Assembly (NCBI GenBank): GCA_951406725.2
Contig: OX597826.1
Location: 78,306,001 to 78,370,000 of the forward strand
Origin: Octopus vulgaris
Lineage: Eukaryota
Length of the DNA: 64,000 nucleotides
Reading direction: 5' to 3'
Shown here: positions 1 to 14,357 of the stretch, piece by piece
Layout: each line of letters starts with the position of its first letter
Position numbering within the stretch: position 1 is the first letter of the stretch
Notes under the pieces: generated by a model
Told to the model about the DNA's origin: nothing
Seen by the model: the letters and a program-made list of their open reading frames with translations, nothing else
The model's database searches: none
Position numbers and translations under genes: made by a program

Positions 1-236
1 TGATGTACTATAGACTAATATCTACCCGTTTATTCTTAGCTAACACTATATACGTTACGAAGACTGTAAACACTCAACCTCCATCGTATGCGTACGGACA
101 AAATAAGGGGAAACACTTTCGAAAACGAAAATGAAGAATGCAGTTCTTGCCACTATTTTCCTTCGCACATATTTTGTATACGAATTCCTTAGAATTAGTC
201 CAAGGACATTATGTTAGCTACGAAACCTATAAATAT

Positions 237-310
237 ACACGGCTAGCTCATTCGGCCGAGCACGAGACTCTTGATCTAGGTCTCGTGCTTTCGGGGCCCC
301 ACGTCGGATG
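237..310 (+). pseudogene. tRNA-Lys(CTT) pseudogene
   Basis: ACACGGCTAGCTCATTCGGCCGAGCACGAGACTCTTGATCTAGG...CCCCACGTCGGATG aligns to the conserved eukaryotic tRNA-Lys-CTT (GCCCGGCTAGCTCAGTCGGTAGAGCATGAGACTCTTAATCTCAGG...CCCCACGTTGGGCG). Acceptor stem and T-loop/B box are mutated. Confidence 0.75.
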
Positions 311-325
311 CACTGCATCTTTTGC

Positions 326-608
326 TGCAGGCATGGTTGTGAAGTAAAGAAGTTCAGTTTGCAACCAATTAGTTCCTGGTTCGATCCCACTGCGATGCAC
401 CTTGGCCACGTGTCTTCTTTTACAGACTTAGTCTATAGAAGGCGTGTGAGTGCCCAAAGCTTTGTGAGTTTGCTGAGGGAGTCTGTGTAGAAGCCCTACG
501 AATATATTTAAATGTGTGGGAGGCTGTTTGTGTATGTGGATCTTTGTATCCGTTTGTCCCCCACTCCCCACTACTGGACAGCCGGTGTTACTTGTTAACG
601 TTCCCACG
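326..608 (+). mobile_element. SINE family A, diverged copy (tRNA head, CORE-like CCTTGGGCAAGTG region)
   Basis: Similar to the 13953-14357 copy: GGTTCGATCCCACTGCG...CACCTTGGCCACGTGTCTTCT...TTTGTCCCC. Confidence 0.65.
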
Positions 609-877
609 AGAGAGAAAGAGAGAGGGAGAGCTGGGGTGAAATTTAAACATTTAAGAGTGAAATAGTCAAGAGAATATTGAATATTAAATGTAGAGTTAAC
701 CACTACGCCATATGCCCACGGGAATATGGCGTAGTGGTTAGGAGCGCGGGCTACTAACTCCAAGAATCTGAGTTCAATTACAGGCAGTGACCTGAATAAT
801 AATAATAATAATAACAACAACAATAATAATAACAATAATAATAATGATAATAATAATAATAATCATACGTGCTACCA

Positions 878-971
878 ATGCCCTGATGCAGTACCAGGCA
901 ATGATGGGTATACTGAGCTTCGTATATTTTACCCCAGTGTCACTTTGATGGCATGCACTGTTCTCTCACTC
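878..971 (+). mobile_element. Element E, internally deleted copy
   Basis: First ~23 nt (ATGCCCTGATGCAGTACCAGGCA) are joined directly to the last ~70 nt (...GCATGCACTGTTCTCTCACTC) of the 16447-16983 element, inside (AAT)n. Confidence 0.8.
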
Positions 972-1040
972 AATAATAATAATAATAATAACATCGAAAA
1001 ATACCTTAAAAATGAGGACTCAGGTCTGAAATTTCCCCAA

Positions 1041-1086
1041 GACACCTGATGAGGGCTGGAAGGTATATCAGCTGAAACGTTGTGTT
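1041..1086 (+). ncRNA. Minimal type I hammerhead ribozyme motif (Penelope-like)
   Basis: GACAC-CTGATGA-G-GGCTG(loop)CAGCT-GAAA-CG-TT-GTGTT: stem I GACAC/GTGTT, intact CUGAUGA and GAAA cores, palindromic AACGTT stem III, GUU cleavage triplet. Confidence 0.7.
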
Positions 1087-1320
1087 AACAACCAACAAGA
1101 TGAGAACAAATATCCGTCAAATGTAAATAATGTAAATAATGTAAATAATTCCTCATCTCTTAAATATAGAACTGTAAAGGTAGAGTTATTTATATTTTAC
1201 TGGAAGCTGGATATTTACATATCATTCCTCCGAGATTTTCGTTCCCATTTTCAGTCGATTGTATAAAAAAAAATATGAGATACAAAAATTCAGTGTTTCA
1301 TAATCATCGATTTGATACGA

Positions 1321-1532
1321 AGGCGATGATCTGGCAGAATTGTTAGCAAGCCGGACAAAAGGCTTGGCGGTACTTCATCGGTCTTCACGTTCTGACTTCA
1401 AATGCCGCCGAGGTTGACTTTAACTTTCACTTCTCCAGGGTCCATAAAATAAGTACCTGTTGAACACTGGGGTCGATGTAACCGATTTACACACTCCTCT
1501 GTAATTGCTGGCCTCGTGCCAAAATTTGAAAC
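1321..1532 (+). mobile_element. SINE family B (B1 tail)
   Basis: GGCGATGATCTGGCAGAATTGTTAGC head, GTTCTGACTTCAAAT B-box-like motif, central GACTTT..CTTTCA....GGGTC.ATAAAATAAGTACC domain, tail GGCCTCGTGCCAAAATTTGAAAC. Confidence 0.85.
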
Positions 1533-2016
1533 TAACGGATATTATCGAATGAAGGAATCTTATTGCATGACAATAAAACTGCTATCTGAAAATTTATTGA
1601 GATGATAACACATAGAACATTAGAGATAAATTTTACGAAATGTATTTTCGCCAGTAAATCTGTATATGAATTTTTTTTTTTTATGGAGAAAAACTTAGCT
1701 GTTTTGACTATTGTATTGCATAAAACATCAAATCGCTAACACGAAGTATTTAGAATTTATTTTATTCCAGGATTTTTATTATTCAGCGACATGAAGTACT
1801 CATTGCTTGAATTTGCCATTAGTGGATACAAAATAACAAAATAAATGTCGCGTGTTTATATATCCGTCGAACATCTCTCTTAGTTTATCCGTGTGCATTG
1901 TATTTAAAAGAATTTCCAGCCCACGACAGTAATAGTGTCATAGCTTCGCGCCGTCTGAGCACAAATGAACTGCATAGTTTCAGAAAAAAATCTCATAAAA
2001 TTATTTATAAAATTAG

Positions 2017-2188
2017 CATTAAAAATCACAGTTAATACTCATCTCAATTTCCCGGAAACTACCTGAAACATAGACACGAATATATTCTTCCATTTATTTA
2101 TAACATTGGCATTAAGATCATAGCTAATAATCAGCTAAACTTCTTAGAATCTACCTGAAACATAGAGGCGAATATATCCTCCCATTTT
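2017..2188. repeat. Diverged ~92 bp tandem duplication
   Basis: GCATTAA.ATCA.AG.TAATA...CTACCTGAAACATAGA..CGAATATAT.CT.CCATTT occurs twice in tandem. Confidence 0.7.
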
Positions 2189-2839
2189 CAAAAAAAAAAA
2201 AATGTTTATGCATGTAAACGAGTATTCAAATCACCTGCCACACACTCTTCGACAATATTTAATCCCTTGTATAGATAAATTCATGTCGTCATTATCTTTA
2301 GATTAAGCCAGGTTTATTGGGGATTCTTGTTATTGCAAGGAAGCCATTGCATAATAAAGACTTTTCACATAATTACCAATCAATAACCGCTCAAATGTCT
2401 GCTAGGGTAATTTGGCCATATTACCTTTGATACGTTTACATATCGCCAAAAGCCTCTTCAATTTAATCGATTTTCATTTCCCAGCAAATAACACAAGATA
2501 TTTAATAGAAATTCCATGAATGCAATCTAATCTTTTAAAATCTTTGATCGCTTAATCATTTTACTTCGCAAAAATCTCACAACTACATAATCTCTTCTCC
2601 CTTATGTAACTTCAGATCCCGAAACAATTCTCCTCTTGGTGATAATTGTTTTTTCAAAATTCCTGATAAGAAACAGATAAGAAAGAAGATATAAAACTTC
2701 ATGAATTAACCAATGGCGTTCATAACTTTTTAAAAATCAAAAGGGAAATGACGAAAGGGGCAGATATTTCCAGACATCCTAATGAGGTACGTGAGATTAT
2801 TACCACTGATCTCTACAACAAGGAAACGGATAACCATGA

Positions 2840-3551
2840 GTGTGGCTCATGTCGCTTACTCCAGGATCGCTTTCTCTAACCATTTCGGTAGATAATCCAT
2901 CACTCATCACCTGTCACAATTTTTTTAAAAAAAAGGCGCGTTTTCATTCCGTTTATAAAGCGAATCACAGATGGAAATGCGATTCAAAAGGTTCTTCCCA
3001 CTCAACTCATGTGGTACCCAAACATCGTAGCGATTTGTGTACCCAAGCTTTACCAGATGCTCATGAACGACAGATTTTGATAGGTTGAAGCTTTCTGCCT
3101 CTTCTCGGGTTGTGCAATGTGGGTTATTCTCAATTAATGACTTGATTTGGTCCATATCTGTAGTGGATGATCTGCTTGATCGCTCTTTATCAATATGGCT
3201 ACAATCTCCAGCTCGGAACTTTGAGAACCACTTCCGTAAAGTCCTTTAAGATAAAGAAACATCACCGTAAACTGCACATATTTTCTTTGGTTGCTTGTGA
3301 GGCATTTTTCCCTTTACGGAAAAAGAAAAGCATCAAGTGCCGAAAATGGACTTTCTTATCTTCCATTTTAAAGGGTTACAGAATCAACAAAGATTATAGG
3401 AACATAAACCTTCTTCCACGAAAAGATAGCTTAAACTGTGCTCTTAAATGGAGGTGTAGTCAAATCCTATTTTATGGACTCAACCATGTTCTAAAATAAG
3501 TCGAAAGATAAGCTACTATAAATCGGCACGATCTTTCAGGACAACCCAATA
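2840..3551 (-). mobile_element. mariner (Tc1/mariner) transposon, 5' portion with one TIR; transposase pseudogene
   Basis: Translates MEDKKVHFRHLMLFFFRKGKNASQATKKICAVYG..., then WVPHEL and IVTGDE*W (first D of the DD34D triad), with stops and frameshifts. TIR TTGGGTTGTCCTGAAAGATCGTGCCGATTT next to TA at 3550-3551. Confidence 0.9.
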
Positions 3552-3589
3552 TTATTGAGAAAAAAAAAATATATATATACACATACATA

Positions 3590-3750
3590 CAACGAGGTTT
3601 TTTCAGTTTCCCTCCACCAAATCCACTCAGATGGAGTTTTAGTCGGCCCGAGGCTATAGTAGAAGATATTTGTCGAAGGTTCCACGCAGTGAGATTGAAC
3701 CCGGAACCATGTAGTTGGGAGTCAAGCTTCTAACCACACAGCCACGCCTG
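3590..3750 (-). mobile_element. SINE family A, 5' part
   Basis: Matches the head of the 13953-14357 copy. Confidence 0.8.
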
Positions 3751-4619
3751 TAATGTATAACGTATTCATATGTTCATAACACTGATATACAAAGCAGGCT
3801 TCTTAACCACACAGCTTTGAGTGCGCCTATAATGAAACTTCATATAAAGTACCAATGTAGAAGCCTGACGTGAAGGAATCCATTTCACTTATTAGATTTT
3901 CTTTGAGTCGGATAATCTCACTCATCCTAACAGAAAGTAGTTATGGTGTAAGTAGAAAATAGTCGTTGTTGTCAGCAGTGGTAGCACTGTTGAAATAGTC
4001 GAGTGTTTCATTTCTTTGAAGAGTTGAGATAAGCTCGTCTTGATAAAGTAAACGAATAAACCAAGTTGGGGAGAAGGATAAGAAGACCTCGGTGTATGAA
4101 TTTAAAACGATAGCACAAAGATTTTGGTAAAGCTTATGTGTATTCTTCAGTGTTATGAGGTTCCAGATAAGGTGAAGTGATCGAGGTCCATAATAACCTT
4201 AACGCAGTTCCTTCTGTGTTTTGATGTTAATGATAAGGTGAGGTCTCTTTGCCAGGTTAAAGACACGGTCAAGTCGTGCCACTTAGGTAAAGTCTTCGGT
4301 GTTGAGAAATTAACGATCAAGTCTACAACTGTCACCCAAAGATCCAGTTGGTGGCATTTGGAAGCGCTGCATAAACAAGTTCTAACAAATTCTGCACGAC
4401 TAACCAGTTTAGAATATGTGAAGCAGTAATCTTAAGTTCGTGTAACTAACCATCTTTTGATGGATAAATTTTATCTTGGTTTTTTTTTTTCAGCAACTGG
4501 TTCGATTTTTCACATTCATTTGTGTTAAATTAATATCAGATTCTTTTAAATCAGCTTCAGAAAAGAAAATGAAAATAATTCTGTGCTCCCAATGGTAGTT
4601 GTTGCGTTTGTCACTTAAA

Positions 4620-4915
4620 GGCAATTGGCTTAGTGGTTAGGGTATTCAGCTCACGATTGTAAGGTCGTGAGTTCGATTCCTGGCGGCGCGTTGAGTCCTT
4701 GAGCAAGACATTTCATTTCATGTTGCTCCACTTCACTCAGCTGGCAAAAATGAGTAACACCTCTATTTCAAAGGGCCAGCCTTGAAACATTCTGTGTCAT
4801 GCTGAATCTCCCTGACAACTATGCTAAGAGTATGAGTGTCTGTGGAATCTCAGCCACTTCCACATTAATTTCAGGAACAGGTTGTTCCATTGCTATCGTT
4901 GTCACTGACGAAGTA
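4620..4915 (+). mobile_element. SINE family C
   Basis: A box TGGCTTAGTGG, B box GAGTTCGATTCC, then GTCCTTGAGCAAGACA. Homologous to 41232-41548. Confidence 0.85.
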
Positions 4916-5269
4916 CTATTTTTGGGTGGGGGGATAGTAGATTTTTATTGATGTGAATTAATTTTAACTGCATATCGAAATCGGTTTCACAACTTCTACT
5001 CAGTGTCTTGTAAAAATGTTGGCTTTTCCTGTTGCCTAAACGAAAAAATCTTGTATTTGAAGCAAGCATCCAATGCCTTTCGCAAGGAAAGCTAGACAAA
5101 GTCAATTGATAATTGAAACAGTTTCAATGCCCACCCAGTCGTGGGGCTCCGACGGCATTCGAAGAGGTGCACTGGCTGTAGTACATAGCCATCACATCAA
5201 CGTTAACTGACCCCTCAATAGCGGCCTAATAGTTTGACAGAAGGATAGGGGGTACGTCTATTACGTAGA

Positions 5270-5402
5270 CCCCAGTCCTTAACTGGTACATACCTTATTG
5301 ACCCCTAAGAGAAGGTCAAAGTTGACCTCGATGCAATTCGGATTCAGAATGTAATGAGAAGTGTGGCCATGCATTCTAGTCCGACACGGTAACGATTCTG
5401 CC
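5270..5402 (-). mobile_element. SINE family B, degenerate
   Basis: Reverse-complement similarity to the B head and central domain. Confidence 0.55.
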
Positions 5403-5613
5403 GTTTTATCTGTTCCTAAAATGGTGCTACCACTGTAATGGTGCGCGTGTGCGCACTCGCATACGTACACACACACAAGCGTACAAACACACATACAAAC
5501 ACACAAGCGTACAAACACACATACAAACACACACACACAAACACATGCAAATAGTACAAACACATTCTGTCATTTATTTATATCTCGCACAAGTAGGCAC
5601 GCAATCCTCCTCA

Positions 5614-5681
<68 letters not shown>

Positions 5682-5857
5682 CATTCTCTGAACCTCTCTC
5701 TGTCTTCTCTCTTTCCCACCCCCGCTCTCTCTTTCCCTGTTTCTCTAAGAGCAGAATCCATTAAAAGACATCAGAAATCAAAGACAAAACACACGAAACC
5801 AGTATCCGTAAGGCAAGAATTACACAATCTGCGTTATAACATATATGCTCGTTTATC

Positions 5858-5893
5858 AAAAGAAAGAAAAGACGAAAGAAAGAAAGAAAGAAA

Positions 5894-5959
<66 letters not shown>

Positions 5960-5991
5960 AGGAAAGAAAGAAAGAAAGAAAGAAAGAAGGA

Positions 5992-6059
<68 letters not shown>

Positions 6060-6060
6060 A
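5858..6060. repeat. (AAAG)n microsatellite
   Basis: Directly visible tandem array. Confidence 0.95.
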
Positions 6061-6504
6061 CATAAGTGCATAACAGCCAAAGTCGGACCATATCTATTTC
6101 AGCAAACTGGAATCTGAAGCCGATTTCACGACCGTGGGGCCGTCGAATATTTACCAGTTGCTGCTGCAGAGTTTTCTGCGAGCCATGATTGAATAACCGA
6201 ATCATAAAGATTGAAAGAGGGAAAAACAATGAAAGGAACTATAGAAATATAGAGGGGGAAGGAAGAAGGACGAGAGAAGAATAAGAGAAGTAGGTGAAAC
6301 ACGAAAGCGAAAGTGAAAGTGAAAGAAGAGGAAGACCAGCAGCAGGATGAAGTAATGTTTAGGCTGGATCGATAAACGGTTATTAGATTACAGATGAGAA
6401 ATCAACTTAATTAGTCATTTTAAATAGGAGCCATTATTCATGTCATTTATATACGTGTGTAGGTGAGTGGATGTATAATGAATATATGCACGCGTGTGTG
6501 TGTG

Positions 6505-6565
<61 letters not shown>

Positions 6566-6606
6566 GTATGTATGTATTTAGCATATACAGATGTGTGTGT
6601 TTATGC

Positions 6607-6645
<39 letters not shown>

Positions 6646-7835
6646 CGTGTGTGTGTGTATGTATGTATGTATGTGTGTGTTTATGTGTATATATATATAT
6701 ATATATATGTGTGTGTTTGTATGTGTATGTGTGTATGTATAGAAGGGTATGTGTGTGTGTATATGTGTGTGTTTGCAGAGACAGATAGAAAGAGACAGAT
6801 TGATTAACTAGGGTACCGAGACAGCGTATTTGTGGAAAAGTTCAAAATATATTTATGTGGGTATGATTAATAAACAGACATTGAAAAGCCCACTGGGAAA
6901 ACACAGTTCCCGTCGTTGAACAAAACAAAAACTCTCTTTCTCTCTTACTCTCTCTCTCTCTCTGTACAGAATAGACACAAGAACAACTCCCACACGTTCC
7001 ATGACCATTAGCAGCTTTTCAGGAATATTAAATTTGTTTATTTCTACTACAAAGGATCTGAGACACGGAGACACAGAGAGAGAGAGAGTTGTGGTTGTGG
7101 CGGGGAGAAGGAAGGAGGAGAAGGTGGAGGGCGTCAGGTTACGGCTATTTATCCCCAAATGCGATGATTAACAGGTACCAATGTTTTTCATTATCGTTTC
7201 AAGTTGAATGACGTTCAAGAAGGTATTTCAAGGTCAGAAGAAGCGTTTTGGCCCTTAGCCTGCACGCTTTGCCTGAATGCTACAGAGAGAACCGAATTAG
7301 TTTTCGCTAGCGGAAGGGTTCCACCTGCACTCCTCTCACAGTAACTTGGAGCTGGTTTCAGCCGCTGCCCTGCCTCTCCTGTTACTGGTTTTCTTCGGTA
7401 GTTTCGGTTCCAGAACAATCTTCTACAGGAATTGGCGCAACGATCTAGCTGGAACGCCGAGGTAGCAGACTTCAAAAGCGAATGATGCTACTTGCTGACC
7501 CTTGACAAAATCTTCGTCAACCAAGTCCTCGTGTTGGGTTTTCTTTAATTGGCGAGAAGCGTCGACTCTCTCCTCCCAGGTTTCTCTAAGTTTAACCACG
7601 ATTATTGTGCTTTCCCTCCTGAAGCCACTAGTCTACATTGGACTACTTTATGCGATGTGTTCTTTATACATGTAAGTGGAGTTTTAGAGGAGACTTGGCT
7701 GCTATTTTTAGCGGGTTTAGCAACCGAGAACAGATTCTTTCCTAACTAGTAATCATCATTGGGCAATGTCACGTGTTTTTTTTTTTTTACTGTTATTGCT
7801 GTCGTAGCACTTGTTATTATTACTGTTGTGGCTTT

Positions 7836-7866
<31 letters not shown>

Positions 7867-7942
7867 CATGTCATTTTTTCTCTGTTGCTGGGGGCTGTTC
7901 TTACGCCTCCTACATACGTTGTTAACGTTGCGTCACGATTGT

Positions 7943-8007
7943 TCATCATCATCATCATCGCCATCATCATCATCACCATCATCATCTTCATCATCATCAT
8001 CATCATC

Positions 8008-8038
<31 letters not shown>

Positions 8039-8054
8039 CCATCTTCGTCATCAC

Positions 8055-8103
<49 letters not shown>

Positions 8104-8520
8104 GCCAATACCTTAATTCTATGCATCATCCTCATCATGACACCGATGATGATGTGGAAGAAGGGCAATATGTAAATGAATTATGAGGACATGTGATGAT
8201 GGTGACGAAGAGGGAAAAGAAGCATGAGGAGGAGGAAGAAAAAGGCGAGGAGGAGGAGGAGGAGAGGAATTATGGCAGTGATGATGATGATGATGATGAT
8301 GATGGTGATGATAATGATGATGATGATGGTATTGATGTTGGTGGAGGTGTTGTGCTAGTTGTGTTGGTGATGGAGATGGTGGTGATGGAGATAGTGGTGG
8401 TCGTGGTGGTGGTGGTGGTGGTGGTGGTCGTGGTGGTAGTGGTGGTGGTGGTGGTGGTAGTGGTGGTCGTGGTGGTCGTGGTGGTCGTGGTGGTTATAGT
8501 GCTGGTGGTGGTGGTGGTTA
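7943..8520. repeat. Compound trinucleotide array (CAT)n/(GAG)n/(GAT)n/(GGT)n
   Basis: Directly visible. Confidence 0.9.
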
Positions 8521-8620
8521 TGTTTTCAGATTACGAAGTGTTTTTTTTATTAGAGTTGGTGCCAATCGGGCTGAAGTGAGTTCGATCAGGGAAGGAGTGG
8601 GTGTATTTGTTTTACCCGAA

Positions 8621-8678
<58 letters not shown>

Positions 8679-9004
8679 ACTCCCTTCTCTCTCTTTCTTC
8701 TTTTCAAAAGAAGGTCTCAGCAACACAATAGGGAAGGAGAACACCCACCCCTGAAATATGTTGAAGCAAATGAACCGTTTTCCTGTAATGGAAAGAAACG
8801 GAATCTGTTAAGAACTGTTTAAATCACAGTTCAACTTGCAAAGGTTGCGCGGCCGCCTGGCGGTGGATGTGCCTACGTGCGCGTGTGCGTGTGCGTATAT
8901 GCGCTTGCATGTGTATAGGTGTGTGTCTATGGGACTGTGGACGGATGCGTTTGCATGCATGGAGACACGTATGTGATTTGTCTGTATATGTATCCATTAA
9001 CACA

Positions 9005-10456
<1,452 letters not shown>

Positions 10457-10642
10457 CTATGTGAGCAGGAGCAGATATGTACACATCTTCGGCACTTGAG
10501 TGCGAATCTAAACTCGGCAGATTTTATGCTGCCAAAACCGTGTATCAATAAATCTCTTGAGAGTTCGGGCATGGAACAAAACAATTTTCCCTGACACTGA
10601 TTTACATATGTGTGCGTATATGTGTGTGTGCACATGTGCAGC

Positions 10643-10673
<31 letters not shown>

Positions 10674-10792
10674 ATGAGCATGTGTGTGTGTGTGTGTCAA
10701 TATGGTGAAACAACATAATATGGTATGCGTGTATACATTGTGTATAGGTGTTTGCCGATATACATATGCACATGCGTACATTATATATAGTC

Positions 10793-11018
10793 TTTCTTTG
10801 TTTTTCCTCTCTGTGTTTAGCCCCTTGTGTGTAGTAAAGAAATAGGTATTTCGTCTGCCGTTACGTTCTGAGTTCAAATTCCGCCGAGGACGACTTTGCC
10901 CTTCATCCTTTCGGGGTCGATTAAATAAGTACCGGTTATGCACTGGGGTAGATATAATCGTTTGTCTGTCCTTGTTTGTCCCTTCTGTGCTTAGCCTCTT
11001 GTGGGTAGTAAAGAAATA
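10793..11018 (+). mobile_element. SINE B2 tail fragment followed head-to-tail by a headless B2 unit
   Basis: ...CCCCTTGTGTGTAGTAAAGAAATA|GGTATTTCGTCTGCCG...GTGGGTAGTAAAGAAATA|GGTAT. Unit 10845-11018. Confidence 0.85.
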
Positions 11019-11670
11019 GGTATAATGTGTCGTTGCGTAGGCTGTAGATTATGAGGAATTTTGCTGCTATTTCTAGTAGGTCAAGCGACCGTTTAAAGGC
11101 CCCCTCGGTCACTCACATTTAGTTGAGTTGTAGAAATAGGTTATATTCACCAATTGAACATCACCTACTTTATATGTTATAAGTGATTTGTAAGTAAAAA
11201 TAATTAGCAATTAGATTTACCTAATAAGGAAAAGAATCTACAGAATGGTATTTCTTCGTTTCGTTTTCCCCCATGTCTGATGTTTCCGACCAAGAATTAA
11301 TAATCTAATTAAAATTCGTCCCAACATTAAGCTATGTATTTCATTCGTTCCTCGTACATGCTGGTAGAAGAAAAGAATTCCCAAGCACGCATTCTTCGAT
11401 TTATAATGATTCGGGTTAAGAGTGCGCATACCAATTGACTTGCAGTAAAGAACTGTTAATAACAGACATTCTAAAGTGCTCAATTTTTTCGGTAAAGGAG
11501 CTTTGGAATGTTGCTTTGTTGGAAAGGTAAAGGGGCTTTGGAGTGTTGCTTCGGTAAAGGGGCTTTGTTGGAAATATGTTTCACGTTGCAACAATCTATT
11601 CTCTATAGACTTATACAAATAAGTTTGCCATAGTACTGGAGGAGCAACACAATAAATACTGTCAGATATT

Positions 11671-11992
11671 GGTTTCTAATTATGTCACAATGCCAGCAAT
11701 GGTGCCTATTTTATCGACCCCGGCGTCATTTGAACTCAGAATTTAAAGAATACCGAAATGCCTATTTCTTTACTACCCACAAGGAGCTAAACACAGAGAG
11801 GACAAACAAGGACAGATAAACGGATTAAGTCGATTACATCGACCTCAGTGCGTAACTGGTACTTATTTAATCGACCCCGAAAGGATGAAAGGCAAAGTCG
11901 ACCTCGGTGGAATTTGAACTCAGAACGTAGCGGCAGACGAAATGCCGCCAAGCAATTTGTCAGGCACGCTAACGATTCCGCCAGCTCGCCGT
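11671..11992 (-). mobile_element. SINE B2 (full) followed by the 3' remainder of an older B1 copy
   Basis: Minus strand: head...AGTAAAGAAATA|GGCATTTCGG...TGCTGGCATTGTGACATAATTAGAAACC. Junction at 11762/11763. Confidence 0.85.
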
Positions 11993-12324
11993 TTTAACAC
12001 TATTAGATTTTAAAATATGTACCAAATTAGGGTTGCCCAAGCCATTAATTAAGTATGGTATTTCGTACGTTTCTTCTTTCGAAGAATAAAGGATATTCTC
12101 AAAAATGCTCGCCATTTAGAAACGGTTGTCATAAACCGTTTTCTTCCGTGTGTTGCGTCCTTCTAAGCCATTGTCATAGATTTAAATCGGTTGAATAACC
12201 GGAGACGAAATAACAATGATATTCTCCCGCAAGGACTCAAAAATGTTGTGGATGGTCGTGTCGATAGGTAACTTAGCGGTTCGGCAAAAGGTATATATAT
12301 ATATATATATATATAATGTGTGTG

Positions 12325-12465
<141 letters not shown>

Positions 12466-12529
12466 GTACATACAGATATGTATATATACGTACATACAGA
12501 TATGTATACATATATATACATACATATAT

Positions 12530-12574
<45 letters not shown>

Positions 12575-13952
12575 CATATATTGGTCTCATCACATAATCA
12601 TTCGTACTTAGACATTTCGTTGCTGTTCTCTTTAGGACTGAAATACCGTTCCTTCATCCTAATCTATTCACTGAATGCTTTTCACTACACAGTATTAAAC
12701 TATATTATACTCTAAGACTTTCCCATCTCGTTCTGTATTGTTGTAGTTTTCTTTCTTATATAGTTTTCTTATATTTTCAATCATTATTTAAATCTTCAGA
12801 ATTCTTGAGATTCTGTTCCGCCATAGTCACTTCAATTTTGTAAATTTTCGGCTGACAAACTCTCAATATTGACATCAACTGCTGTATTGATGCTAGTGTT
12901 TGCTTGTGCAGTCATTGAATTACGCTCTGTTTTGTTTGCTTGTCGACTATCTTTACCTCTGTCTCCATTTCTTTCTTTCTCTGTTCTCTCACCATTTTTA
13001 TTCCCTTTTACTCTCTCTTTCCCGCTCTCTCCACCTCTCTCTCTCTCTCCAATCCTTTCCTCTGAGTAACTTTTACTGGTTTTTGGGAAACGTCCAACGA
13101 AATGCATTGTTTCCTCTTTCATTCAATGGTCTTTCTTTATTTTCCTCTTTTTAGCATTTAATTTTTCTATTTTATTTTTGCCTGCTGCTTTCATTTCGTT
13201 ACTTTTGCTAGATCTACAAATTCTCTATAACGCCACGGTAGCCAAATTCTTTCCCCCGTCGCGAATATTTGATAGATTAGATGCGTAGTTCCGCGTCCAT
13301 GAAACTCTGAGTAATGACTGTGTGCGACAAACTGCTTACACTCAAATGTATAAGCAGGACCGGGGTTAAGAAGTTCGATTCCCAAGCTCGTCTTTCCAGC
13401 TTCGTAGCATTCGGCGTGACACAAGGACAAGCGTTTTCTATCTCCAAGTTGACCCATAGCTTGTGAGAGAAAGTTGATAGACAAAACCTGTGTGGACGCC
13501 CCTGTTGTATGTGTGAGCACGTATGTCTGTGTGTGTATGTGTGCGCATGCGTGTGTTTACACTAACTCTGGTCCAAGAAAGAATTGTTGTATATAAGTTG
13601 TTCGTTTAAGTATTTCTAAAAACCAGACTGATATGAATACGGGGATGAAGAAGATCGACTGAAGACCCTTGAAGATGCGACCGAGCGTGATTGTTGTGGC
13701 TGAAACTACCGAAAGAAAAGATATTCTTTCGTTGGTCGAATCTTTCAAGTGTTCCAACCTTGTCGTTGATATTATTTTGTTTGTTAAGTGTGAACACTTT
13801 GACCTTTCCCTTCGCCAGACAAATTGGTTTTTAGATTCATCAATAACCTGATTAAACTGAATGAAAGTCGGGGGGGGGGGCGGAGACGTACCGCAGAAAA
13901 CTACTTAATACCTACTTCTGCGTCTCCAGCTTCTCTATGTCGATTATATATA

Positions 13953-14357
13953 TACTCTTTTACTTGTTTCAGTCATTTGACTGCGGCCATGCTGGAGCAC
14001 TGCCTTTAGTCGAGCAAATCGACCCCGGGACTTATTCTTTTTGTAAGCCCAGTACTTATTCTAGCGGTCTCTTTTTGCCGAACCGCTAAGTGACGGGGAC
14101 GTAAACATACCAGCATCGGTTGTCAAGGAATGCTAGGGGGACAAACACAGACACACAAACACACACACATACATATATATATATACATATATACGACAGG
14201 CTTCTTTCAGTTTCCGTCTACTAAATCCACTCACAAGGCATTGGTCGGCCCGGGGCTATAGTAGAAGACACTTGCCCAAGATGCCACGCAGTGGGACTTG
14301 ACCCGGAACCATGTGGTCGGTTAGCAAGCTACTTACCACACAGCCACTCCTGCGCCT
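13953..14357 (-). mobile_element. SINE family A, near full length
   Basis: Head GGCGCAGGAGTGGCTGTGTGGTAAG, CORE-like CATCTTGGGCAAGTGTCTTC, internal (TA/TG) tract, tail CCAGCATGGCCGCAGTCAAATGACTGAAACAAGTAAAAGAGTA. Several other copies in the window. Confidence 0.9.

Larger units (their letters stand above)
718..1175 (+). mobile_element. Element D: tRNA-like head + (AAT)n + hammerhead-containing tail, interrupted by element E
   Basis: A box TGGCGTAGTGG and B-box-like GAGTTCAATT. The head recurs at 60584-60665. Tail 991-1175 contains a hammerhead motif. Confidence 0.6.

Noticed and set aside
8845-8866. CTCF-like motif CCGCCAGGCGGCCGC on the minus strand
   Set aside because: Single imperfect match with no independent evidence.
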